Of a DNA stretch of 64,000 nt, positions 47,057 to 55,580 are shown one piece after another. A model generated the notes under the pieces. It saw nothing but the letters and a program-made list of their open reading frames with translations, searched no databases and had not been told where the DNA came from. Every line of letters begins with the position of its first letter. Within the stretch, counting starts at the first letter, position 1. The stretch is from Minisyncoccota bacterium (GTDB lineage Bacteria > Patescibacteriota > Minisyncoccia > Moranbacterales > UBA2206), in assembly GCA_031291955.1 (NCBI GenBank), contig JARLIA010000001.1:5300-69299 (forward strand). The letters run 5' to 3'. The position numbers were made by a program, and so were the translations under genes.

Positions 47057-47413
47057 TCAAAAATTCTTATAAATATCTTCTTTGCCATTTCCGCTGTTCA
47101 CTTGGATATCCACTCTTCCCGAAACTGACGCTTCCGGTGCCACTACTTCCGCATTAGCGCCTTTTTTTATTTCCACGTCACCCTGCTTTACCGTCTCGCC
47201 ATTTTCCATCTCTTGCCAATGGAAACTGGTTTGGTCGCTATGGTTGGTGATTGTAAAATTGAGATTACTTGATTTCGGTTCAGTAAAAGCCAATGTCCAC
47301 CAGTCTTGGCCAAGATCGGGATTAGTCTGTTGGTTTGATTGGTAAAACAACCAGAAAGAACTGGCCATAAGAAGAACGATAATGAAAATTATTATATTTT
47401 TTTGTTGTTGCAT
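47057..47413 (-). CDS. Small membrane-anchored exported beta-sandwich protein
   Basis: N-terminal TM; FTITNHS resembles the soluble part of DUF1616-like proteins. Confidence 0.65.
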   Translation of the reverse strand: MQQQKNIIIFIIVLLMASSFWLFYQSNQQTNPDLGQDWWTLAFTEPKSSNLNFTITNHSDQTSFHWQEMENGETVKQGDVEIKKGANAEVVAPEASVSGRVDIQVNSGNGKEDIYKNF

Positions 47414-47414
47414 A

Positions 47415-49361
47415 TTATTTTCGATAATAAACCGCTACGCCATCGGTGACGTAAATTTCGTTAAAATTATCCAATTTTACGAATTGGGAAGAATCATAAG
47501 ACGGATTGATCATTATAAAATCGGTCTTAGTACTGGCAAAACATTGATTGGCGTCGTCGGCGCCGGGATTTGAAATCATAACAAGCGTACAGAGTTTGCT
47601 CGGATCAGTAATGCCGTCATAGCGTTTGAAATAGCTGCGCGAAAGGGGATAATCATAACCGCGCATGAAGAATGATTTTATCCAGGTGTCGCCGGTCAGA
47701 TAATTATGGTCTTTCAAGATGACATCATTGTCGGTGCTATTTTTGTCCAAATACTGCGCTGCGGCAAAGACTTCGTTAAGCGGGGTGAAATTAGGCGCTT
47801 TCTTGAAAGCTTGAGCCGAGTCTGATAGTCCCTCAATAAGTACAAAAGCTAATATAATGATGAAAGCGCTTTTCAGAAGCGTCAATGGCACAAGGTTTTC
47901 TGCCACGGTTTTAGAATAATATTTCCATTCTACCTTACTTGGTTTAAACATAGCCCAAAAACCGTAGGCGGCTAGAATTGCCAACGGGTAAGACAAATAA
48001 TTGCCGATTCGATCGCTCGGTAAATTAACCAAGAGAAAATGCGGCTCAGTGGACATGATAAAAAGCATTACTGTCCAAGAAACCACAATGGCAATTCCCA
48101 AGTCTTTCCGCCGATAGGCTAAGACCAGGATAATAAGACCGATAATTCCCATCGCCGCCCGGGCTTCACCCATGGTGTTTTTGAGATTAGTGAGTGTGAG
48201 ACCAACCCGCGTGCCTTTGGTGGACACTCCGACAGCCGTATTTACCGCGCCTCCTTTGATGTAGCTTGGTGTGAAAATAACGAAAAAGAAAAACAGGCCG
48301 ACAAAAAAAGTGGCCATAACGCTCGGCGACCAGATGACCTGCCAGGCACTCAAAAATATTTTTTTGATATTTCCAAAATTGATCAGCAGATAAAAAACAA
48401 AAAGAAAGGCAAAAATGAAAAGGAAAATGAAAGCGGTCAGGTGGTGGGTATAAAACAGTCCGAAAGTGGTGAAAACTGCGAGCGCCAAAAACGACTTGGC
48501 TTCTTTTGACTGCGTTTCGACGCTATAGTTTCCTTCGCGCAAAAATTCGAAGGCCCGATAATAAAAATAAAACATCAGCGGCATGAGATAGTCGCCAATG
48601 ATGTTTCCTATGACGCCGCCGCTGATATATTTGGCCTGTGGAGATGTGACGGCATAAAGAACGCCCAAAAATAAAATGCTTAAAATCGCCACGGTCTTAT
48701 TTTTGAAAATGCGGATGGTCAGGATAAAAGCAGTCATGATTCCCAGAATGTTGACGAGAAAAAGAAACATCACCGGAAAAGCTGAAAAAACACTAAGACC
48801 GGTAATCATATATATCTCAGCCAGCGCCACGTGTTCGCCAATGATGAAAGTTGGGGAGCCGCCGTAATTGGTGACGGCGTGGGTTTCAGCAATCACTTTG
48901 GCCCAATAGGTGTGGTGGCCCATATCGGTGGCCGTCGGCGCTACCGTGCCGGTGAGATAGACTGTCCGAATAAAAATCGTCAGAAAAATAAAAAGCAGAA
49001 GCAGGATTAACTGGTTTTTGGAAAAAGAAAATAATTTTTTCGTTTCAGTCGACGCTTCGGAGGAAGAATCGAAAGCCGCTTTATTTTGCCTATGTTTGTA
49101 AATCCCGTAGCAGACCGCCGAGAATATCAGTGATCCCAAAATGGACGTCTCGGCTGTCAGGGGAATATGCGGGCGATAGTAAGCAAAGGCAATAAAATCC
49201 ATCACGACCAATCCCAGGGCGAAGGAAATGACAAATCTTTCCAAGGTGCTTAAAATTTTGCTTTTCCCAAAAATGGCCAAAAGCAAAAACCAGCCCGGCA
49301 AAAACATCACCAGAAAAATAGCGAGGTAAAATATTATTTGGTTATAGATAAAATCAATCAT
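47415..49361 (-). CDS. Polytopic GT-C-like membrane protein
   Basis: About 15 TM; FLPGW...LERFVISFALG N-terminus; TDMGHH in first external loop; C-terminal domain AAQYLDKNST..DVIL. Confidence 0.7.
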   Translation of the reverse strand: MIDFIYNQIIFYLAIFLVMFLPGWFLLLAIFGKSKILSTLERFVISFALGLVVMDFIAFAYYRPHIPLTAETSILGSLIFSAVCYGIYKHRQNKAAFDSSSEASTETKKLFSFSKNQLILLLLFIFLTIFIRTVYLTGTVAPTATDMGHHTYWAKVIAETHAVTNYGGSPTFIIGEHVALAEIYMITGLSVFSAFPVMFLFLVNILGIMTAFILTIRIFKNKTVAILSILFLGVLYAVTSPQAKYISGGVIGNIIGDYLMPLMFYFYYRAFEFLREGNYSVETQSKEAKSFLALAVFTTFGLFYTHHLTAFIFLFIFAFLFVFYLLINFGNIKKIFLSAWQVIWSPSVMATFFVGLFFFFVIFTPSYIKGGAVNTAVGVSTKGTRVGLTLTNLKNTMGEARAAMGIIGLIILVLAYRRKDLGIAIVVSWTVMLFIMSTEPHFLLVNLPSDRIGNYLSYPLAILAAYGFWAMFKPSKVEWKYYSKTVAENLVPLTLLKSAFIIILAFVLIEGLSDSAQAFKKAPNFTPLNEVFAAAQYLDKNSTDNDVILKDHNYLTGDTWIKSFFMRGYDYPLSRSYFKRYDGITDPSKLCTLVMISNPGADDANQCFASTKTDFIMINPSYDSSQFVKLDNFNEIYVTDGVAVYYRK

Positions 49362-50009
49362 TTATTTTTTCCCTTCCCATTCATCAAAAAATTGTTTGAG
49401 ATATTTTTTCATAAATTCGTGCCTGTTTTTAGCTATTCGCTTGGCTGTTTTGGTATTCATTCTGTTTTTCAAGAGAAGTAATTTTTCGTAAAAATGATTA
49501 ATAGACGTGCTTTTGGCATTTTTATATTTCTCCGGGCTGGTGTGTGAAACGGGTTTTATTTTTGGATCATAAAATGGTCTGTCGGCATGAGCGCCATAGG
49601 AAAACACTCTAGCGATGCCAATAGCACCAATCGCATCAAGTCGATCAGCATCTTGCGCTATTTTACCCTCCAATGTGCTTATTTTGTTTTTAACTTTTGC
49701 GCCTTTGAATGAAATGTTAGCAACAATGCTTTCTATGTGACTTTCAATATTCTTGTCCAATTTGAATTGTTCAAGAAATTCCTTGATTTTTTCTTGAGCT
49801 AATTTTTCGTCAAAAAATTTATGGTCGAACACATCGTGCAAAAGAGCGGACATTTCCACTACGAACATATCAGCCGTTTCTTCTTTGGCCAATTTGAGGG
49901 CCATTTTCTGAACGCGTTCCGTATGTTGCCAATCATGACCGCTTTCGCCATTCTCCAATTTCTTTCTGGCAAATGAAATAGTTTTTTTGATGATTTCTTT
50001 TTTATTCAT
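49362..50009 (-). CDS. HD-domain phosphohydrolase (YedJ-like)
   Basis: GHDWQH..RV, ALLHD, QDADRLDAIGAIGIAR, HFYEKLL. Confidence 0.9.
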   Translation of the reverse strand: MNKKEIIKKTISFARKKLENGESGHDWQHTERVQKMALKLAKEETADMFVVEMSALLHDVFDHKFFDEKLAQEKIKEFLEQFKLDKNIESHIESIVANISFKGAKVKNKISTLEGKIAQDADRLDAIGAIGIARVFSYGAHADRPFYDPKIKPVSHTSPEKYKNAKSTSINHFYEKLLLLKNRMNTKTAKRIAKNRHEFMKKYLKQFFDEWEGKK

Positions 50010-50022
50010 CTTTTCATTTTAA

Positions 50023-51156
50023 TCAGTGAGTACCAGCGGTTCTGATAATTTCTTCCAAGTATCTTCTTGAAATTTTTTCCCAGGTGTAATTCTCTTCAAC
50101 AAATTTCCGCGCCTTTTTCCCGAAGGTTTTTTCAAATTCCGATCCGGCTTCAAATATTGTCTCGATTTTTTTTACCCATTGCTCGGCGTTGCCGGGTTCA
50201 ACCAAAAAACCGTTCTGGCCGTCTTTTACAGCATCTTTCAAGCCTTCCATCTCAGAAGCCATCACCATTCGCCCGCAGGCCGCGCCTTCAATTGCGGTGA
50301 TGCCAAATCCCTCCATCGATCCGGACACTTTGATGTTCGGAGAAATGTAAAGATCGCAAGCGTTAAAAAGCACTTTCATATCCGCACGGGGCATATTTAT
50401 GAATAATTTCACCCTCTCGGATAATTTTAATTCTTTTACAGCGTTAACGCAACGCGGATAATCATTCTCGTCGCCGGCCGTATTCTTAGCAACTCCGCCA
50501 CCGGCCGCTATCAAGATGTACTCAGCGGGAAGCTGTGGCATTACATTCCTAATAAACCACTCCAGTCCCTTGTGTTTAACGTATCGTCCGCCGCGAAAGA
50601 TCACTTTCTTCCCAGCCAGATCCATGCCGACAACTTTTTCCAGATCTTCCCAGGTGGCCGTTTGGCGGATTTCTTCCATCTGTACGCCATTGGGAATAAA
50701 GACGCATTTCTCCCTCGGAATACCACTCTTGACCGCCTGCTCAATCGTTTCGTTTCCGACCATGATCAGTTTGTCAGAATTTTGGAGAGCGGGGATATTG
50801 ACTGTCCGGTATATTTTTCCTAAAAGCGATTTTTTATAAGCGAAAGTAATATCCAGACCATGGACAATCGAAATATATTTTTTCTTCGGATAAAATATTT
50901 TCCAAAATATCCCCAAAGGCGCCAGCACCCCGTCGCCGAAAAGAACGACGTCAAAACGAGGAACAACGAAAAGACCCCGGACAAGAATCCAAGGCAAAAA
51001 AATCGGCAGGCGTTTTTTTCCGCCTTTATTGGCGATGATTTTGGTCGGCGTAATCTTGGCCAGGGCGTTGGCGATACCGTAGTTCTGATTTTCAATCCCA
51101 CCCAGAATCGGCGGATAAGCCCGAGATATAAAAAGAATTTTTGGACGATCCTTCAT
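50023..51156 (-). CDS. Glycosyltransferase family 4
   Basis: YPPILGGIE, VHGLD, GRYVKHKG, EGFGITAIEGAACG. Confidence 0.92.
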   Translation of the reverse strand: MKDRPKILFISRAYPPILGGIENQNYGIANALAKITPTKIIANKGGKKRLPIFLPWILVRGLFVVPRFDVVLFGDGVLAPLGIFWKIFYPKKKYISIVHGLDITFAYKKSLLGKIYRTVNIPALQNSDKLIMVGNETIEQAVKSGIPREKCVFIPNGVQMEEIRQTATWEDLEKVVGMDLAGKKVIFRGGRYVKHKGLEWFIRNVMPQLPAEYILIAAGGGVAKNTAGDENDYPRCVNAVKELKLSERVKLFINMPRADMKVLFNACDLYISPNIKVSGSMEGFGITAIEGAACGRMVMASEMEGLKDAVKDGQNGFLVEPGNAEQWVKKIETIFEAGSEFEKTFGKKARKFVEENYTWEKISRRYLEEIIRTAGTH

Positions 51157-51159
51157 AAA

Positions 51160-52146
51160 TTATTCCTTTCCGTATTTGTCTTTCTTCCATTGATACATCA
51201 ATTCTTCCGTCAATTGGCGGCTGGATTTGATCATGTCGGCAATAAAGGCAAAGATGAGCAATTGGATCCCCAAGAAAAGTGCGATGGATGAAAAAGTGAT
51301 GGTGTGAAGATAAGGAGAAATTTTGAAAGTCTGTAAATAGCGATACAAAAAATCAATAAAACCCAAAATGCCCACCGCCATAAAAAAGAGACCCGGCCAG
51401 CCGAAAAATTTCATCGGCCGGACATCACGGATAGCTTTTAACATTACTTTTGCCGAATTGGAAACAAAGCCTCGGACGGATCTGACAATTTTGGATTTCC
51501 GGTCGGAAAAATAGATCGTTTTTACCGGCACCCATTCCAATTTCAGATTTTTTCCAATGGCGTCGATGATGGTTTCTTGAGTGTAGGTAAAATGCACATT
51601 GGTCAAATTTAACCGCAAAAGCGCTTCGCGGCTGTGCGCCCGAAAGCCGCAAGTCAGATCGGAAATATGGTAGCCAAGGAAAAACCCGGTGATAGATGAA
51701 GCGAAACGATTCAGAAAATCCTTTATCCAAGGAATGTTTTTCGATTCTTCATCGCCGAAACGGTTGGCAATGACCATGTCGGATTTTCCGGCCAAGATAG
51801 GAGAGAGGAGTTTTGGGATATCTTCCGGATCGAACTGGCCGTCCGCGTCGATGTTGACAAAAAGGTCGGCGCTGTTTTCCAAGGCGCTTTCGGCGGCGCG
51901 CTTGAAAGCATAGGCCAGGCGGCGATTGGGCTTATAGGATATGACAATGTCCACGCCAGCTTCCCGAGCCTTTTCCACCGTTTTGTCGCTTGAGCCGTCG
52001 TCCACCAGTTGGATCAACTTCTCGGTAATAATTTTTCCCGCGCCGGAAACATAAAAAGCCGCCCCAAAACTTTTCTTGATGCGCTGGATCGTTTCACTGA
52101 TCTTCTTTTCTTCGTTATAGGCGGGGATGTTGACGATCAATTTCAT
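51160..52146 (-). CDS. Glycosyltransferase family 2 (polyprenol-phosphate sugar synthase-like, 2 C-terminal TM)
   Basis: IPAYNEE, VDDGSSD, IDADGQF, DLTCGFRA. Confidence 0.9.
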   Translation of the reverse strand: MKLIVNIPAYNEEKKISETIQRIKKSFGAAFYVSGAGKIITEKLIQLVDDGSSDKTVEKAREAGVDIVISYKPNRRLAYAFKRAAESALENSADLFVNIDADGQFDPEDIPKLLSPILAGKSDMVIANRFGDEESKNIPWIKDFLNRFASSITGFFLGYHISDLTCGFRAHSREALLRLNLTNVHFTYTQETIIDAIGKNLKLEWVPVKTIYFSDRKSKIVRSVRGFVSNSAKVMLKAIRDVRPMKFFGWPGLFFMAVGILGFIDFLYRYLQTFKISPYLHTITFSSIALFLGIQLLIFAFIADMIKSSRQLTEELMYQWKKDKYGKE

Positions 52147-52151
52147 AATTT

Positions 52152-52394
52152 TTATTTTTTCTTGATTATTAATTTCGGATCGACACAATTAAAATTACAT
52201 TTGGCGTTGTCGATGCCCTGATGGACAATGTTGTCCGTGCAAGATGCCAGCTTAGCCTGACATTGGTCTTTGCTATAGGTAAAATATTGTTTGTTGATCT
52301 CGTAGCCCATGAGTCCCATAACCCAATAGGCAAGGGCGACAATCACAACGATCCAAATGATTGATTTAATCATATCTAAAATTATGCTTTTCAT
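52152..52394 (-). CDS. Small membrane protein with 4 Cys
   Basis: TM followed by C-x6-C...C-x3-C; 5-bp gap to the next gene. Confidence 0.65.
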   Translation of the reverse strand: MKSIILDMIKSIIWIVVIVALAYWVMGLMGYEINKQYFTYSKDQCQAKLASCTDNIVHQGIDNAKCNFNCVDPKLIIKKK

Positions 52395-52461
52395 AGAATA
52401 ATCGGGCAGGCTGGGCTGGTTTAATTGTAGCTTATTTCGATATCTTGGTAAAGCCTGTTTT

Positions 52462-53736
52462 TTATCTCCCGATGCCCCGATAAATTATTCCCAATTTCTC
52501 AATCGCCACTTTGTCCAAACAGTTCTTGCCATCAATAATGACTTCGATGCCATATTTTTTAAATGTTTCCGGCTTGATTTCTTTGAACTCGCGGTGGTCG
52601 GTGACTAAAATTATGGCTTTGGATTTTTTGAGCAGGTCGGTCAAATTTTTAACGGTCGATTTTTCCGGAATATATGGATCATAAACTGTGAGGTTGCTTT
52701 TTTGTTTTTTGACCAGTTCCATGATTTTTATTGACGGCGATTCGCGAACATCGTCCACATCGGCCTTGTAGGCCACACCCAAAATGCCGATCGATGTGCC
52801 GTTCATGGGCAATTTTATCCCATTGAGCGCTTCGACCAAGAGATCGACAGCATATTCTGGCATGGAATTGTTGATTTCTCGCGCGGTGCGCAGGAATTTA
52901 TGATCAAATCCAGTCTTCTTGGCCCGTTCAATGAGATAATACGGATCGACCGGAATGCAATGGCCGCCTACCCCGCAAGAGGGGAAGTGGGCCATGAAAG
53001 CAAAGGGCTTGGTAGCGGCGCCCAAGATCACGTCTTTCACGTCAATATCCATCCGAGCAAAAGATTTGGCCAGCTCATTCACAAAAGCGATGTTGATGTC
53101 GCGAAAGGAATTTTCCACGATTTTGACCGCTTCGGCTTCGCGGATGGATTTCATCGGGCGGATCGGCGCATCGACGATCGATTCGTAAAATTTTTGCGCT
53201 TTTTCCAGACCGGTTTTAGAGAAAGAACCGACTACCCGGGGAATATTAGTCACATTCCATTTCGGATCACCCGGGTTGATGCGCTCTGGGCAATGGGCCA
53301 AGAAATAGTCGCGCCCAACTTTCATTCCGGCCGCGGCAAAGATCGGCTCAACCACTTCTTCCGAAACACCCGGATTGACGGTTGATTCCAAAACAATCAG
53401 TGCGCCCTTTTTCAAATTCCGCGCCACGAGTTCTGTCGCGCTTCGGACTGGTCCAAGATCGGGATAATAATTCTTGTCGACCGGCGTCGGAACGCAGATA
53501 AGCACGATGTCGGCTTTTTTGATTTCACGCTCGTCAGTCGTTGCCCGGACGTGGAATTTCGGCAGATTGTCTTCAATGTACTTTTCTTTGATCGGACTTT
53601 TTTTCTTGTTGATCAGCTCGATTTTCTTCTTGTCTAGATCATATCCCAGCGCTTCGTAGCCCCGTTCGCTGGCCCGGATGAGAAGCGGCAGCCCGACGTA
53701 ACCCAAACCCACGACACAAACCGTTTGTTTTTTCAT
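52462..53736 (-). CDS. Nucleotide-sugar 6-dehydrogenase (WbpA/WecC-like UDP-HexNAc dehydrogenase)
   Basis: VGLGYVGLP, CVPTP, PERINPG, GVGGHCIPVDPYYL, YKADVDDVRESP. Confidence 0.93.
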   Translation of the reverse strand: MKKQTVCVVGLGYVGLPLLIRASERGYEALGYDLDKKKIELINKKKSPIKEKYIEDNLPKFHVRATTDEREIKKADIVLICVPTPVDKNYYPDLGPVRSATELVARNLKKGALIVLESTVNPGVSEEVVEPIFAAAGMKVGRDYFLAHCPERINPGDPKWNVTNIPRVVGSFSKTGLEKAQKFYESIVDAPIRPMKSIREAEAVKIVENSFRDINIAFVNELAKSFARMDIDVKDVILGAATKPFAFMAHFPSCGVGGHCIPVDPYYLIERAKKTGFDHKFLRTAREINNSMPEYAVDLLVEALNGIKLPMNGTSIGILGVAYKADVDDVRESPSIKIMELVKKQKSNLTVYDPYIPEKSTVKNLTDLLKKSKAIILVTDHREFKEIKPETFKKYGIEVIIDGKNCLDKVAIEKLGIIYRGIGR

Positions 53737-53836
53737 TTGGATGTTTTTCAATAGTTACCCACCTATTCTAAATAGGTTGGCGCCGGATGGCAAGTTTAAT
53801 ACGAAAAAGTCCGAAAGCGGGGCGCAAATTTGAAAG

Positions 53837-53865
53837 GTGACATAATTCGGATTAAAATATATAAT
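53837..53865 (+). promoter_or_regulatory. sigma70-like promoter (likely leaderless)
   Basis: GTGACA-17-TATAAT, ATG 6 nt downstream. Confidence 0.6.
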
Positions 53866-53871
53866 GTAACC

Positions 53872-55035
53872 ATGAAGAAAAACAAAAACATCGTCATTGG
53901 CATCAATGCAAGTTTCATCAGAAAGCCCAACAATGGCATCGGGCAAGTGACTGCCAATTTCCTAAAAACTTTGGCACGAATCACGAATCACGAATCACGA
54001 ATCATTTTGTATCTAGAAGAAGATCTGCCGCGTGATTTCAAGTTGCCGAAAAATTTTGAAAAAAGGATTTTTTTGCCGCCTTGGAAACGCGATGATTTGA
54101 TCCGCAAAATCTGGTGGGAAAAATATTCTCTGCCGAAAAAAATCAAAAAAGACAAGTGTGATGTTTTTCTCAGTCTCTACCAGTGCCCGACGATTTTAGA
54201 GGGTGACACAAAACACATAATGCTCGTTCATGATATTGTTCCTAAATTATTTCCCGAATATCTGGATAATTCGCGCAAGAAACATTATTGGCAGCTGACC
54301 GAATATGCGATCGCAAGGACCGACAAAGTTCTCACTGTTTCGCGCCACACGGAAAAAGATCTGATCAACTATCTGAATATTCCCGCCGGAAAAATCACAC
54401 CCAACTATATCGATGTTGACGAGATTTACAAAAAAAGCGTTTCTCAAAAAGAATCCGCCCGGGTACTGAAAAAATATAAACTGAAACCAGGCTACATCCT
54501 GGCCGGCGGGGGAATGGAGATTCGGAAAAACGTCGAAGGAGTTTTTCATGCCTACAAATTCATGCTGGAGAGAGGGCTGGCGGAAGATCTGCCGCCGCTG
54601 GTCGTCTTCGGAAAAATCCTGCCCAATCTTTCCCTGGCTTTCGACGCGGAAAATTTCTTGAAAGTCCTGAATATGACTAAGAAAGTGAGGCTTCTGGATA
54701 TGGTGCCGCAAAAAGATATGCCGGCTCTTTACAAAAACTCGTCCTTTTTCGTCTACCCATCGTATTATGAAGGATTTGGCATGCCGCCGCTCGAAGCTAT
54801 GAACCAAGGGAAGTCCGTCATTGTTTCTAAAAACTCATCTCTCCCCGAAGTGGGCGGCGACGGCGTCCTCTATTGCCAAGCCGACGACATTTATGATATC
54901 GCTATGGTCATGAAAAACGTCCTCTCCAACCCGCAACTCCGCGAAGATTTGTCTCGCCGGGCCAAACTCCAGGCTGAAAAATTCTCGTGGGAAAGGTTTG
55001 TGAAGAAAGTTCTGAATATAGTCAATGAGATCTGA
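53872..55035 (+). CDS. Glycosyltransferase family 4
   Basis: VHDIVP, RKNV, YEGFGMPPLEAM. Confidence 0.93.
   Translation: MKKNKNIVIGINASFIRKPNNGIGQVTANFLKTLARITNHESRIILYLEEDLPRDFKLPKNFEKRIFLPPWKRDDLIRKIWWEKYSLPKKIKKDKCDVFLSLYQCPTILEGDTKHIMLVHDIVPKLFPEYLDNSRKKHYWQLTEYAIARTDKVLTVSRHTEKDLINYLNIPAGKITPNYIDVDEIYKKSVSQKESARVLKKYKLKPGYILAGGGMEIRKNVEGVFHAYKFMLERGLAEDLPPLVVFGKILPNLSLAFDAENFLKVLNMTKKVRLLDMVPQKDMPALYKNSSFFVYPSYYEGFGMPPLEAMNQGKSVIVSKNSSLPEVGGDGVLYCQADDIYDIAMVMKNVLSNPQLREDLSRRAKLQAEKFSWERFVKKVLNIVNEI
53975..54004. repeat. Perfect heptamer tandem repeat (CACGAAT)x4 within the GT4 gene
   Basis: cacgaat cacgaat cacgaat cacgaat ca; encodes RITNHESRI. Confidence 0.85.
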
Positions 55036-55552
55036 AAATAGAAAATCAAATCGTTTGGTGGGATATGATTATTCGCAAGAGGGAATGTACTTCGTCACTT
55101 TTTGCACGAAGGAAAGGATTGAATGGTTTGGTGAAGTAAAAAATGGCGAAATGCTCTTAAACAAATATGGCGAGATCACTGAACAACAATTAAGCTGGCT
55201 GGCGAAACAATATAAATACATCAATATTGATTGCAAAATTGTAATGCCAAATCACGTACATACCATTTTGGAAATTCTCCCAGACGTTGAAATCGTAGGG
55301 ACAGGTCGCGACCTGTCCCTACGATTTCAACAATCGAAAATAAAACCGCTGCCCGAATTAATCGGCGCCCTGAAAACCACATCATCAAAATTGATTCACA
55401 GAAATGGATTTAATGATTTCGCCTGGCAAAGATCCTATTGGGATCGCATTATCCGCGACGAAGCAGAACTGAACCGTATCCGCGAATATATTTTCAATAA
55501 CCCGCAAAATTGGGAGCAAGATCGAAACAACTCGGAAAATATTTTTATGTAA
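55025..55552 (+). mobile_element. REP-associated tyrosine transposase (RAYT, Y1/IS200 superfamily)
   Basis: RKSNRL.GYDY...G.YFVT.CT, HUH motif MPNHVH, WQRSYWDRIIR, catalytic IREYI..NP. Confidence 0.9.
55286..55331. repeat. Perfect 46-bp palindrome (GTAG REP core) inside the RAYT gene
   Basis: GTTGAAATCGTAGGGACAGGTCG|CGACCTGTCCCTACGATTTCAAC. Confidence 0.9.
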
Positions 55553-55580
55553 TTTTAAAATAAAAAAAGACCCCGACACT

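Noticed and set aside
46864-47128. 74-77 aa ORFs on either strand in the operon gap
   Set aside because: They overlap the upstream gene end and lack protein-like features; the region is better explained by nucleic-acid structure.
1505-53872. Upstream-extended starts in the ORF track (1505, 4223, 11477, 16795, 32585, 44283, 52188, 53830)
   Set aside because: The extensions run through promoter-like or neighbouring-gene sequence; downstream ATGs match family N-termini.
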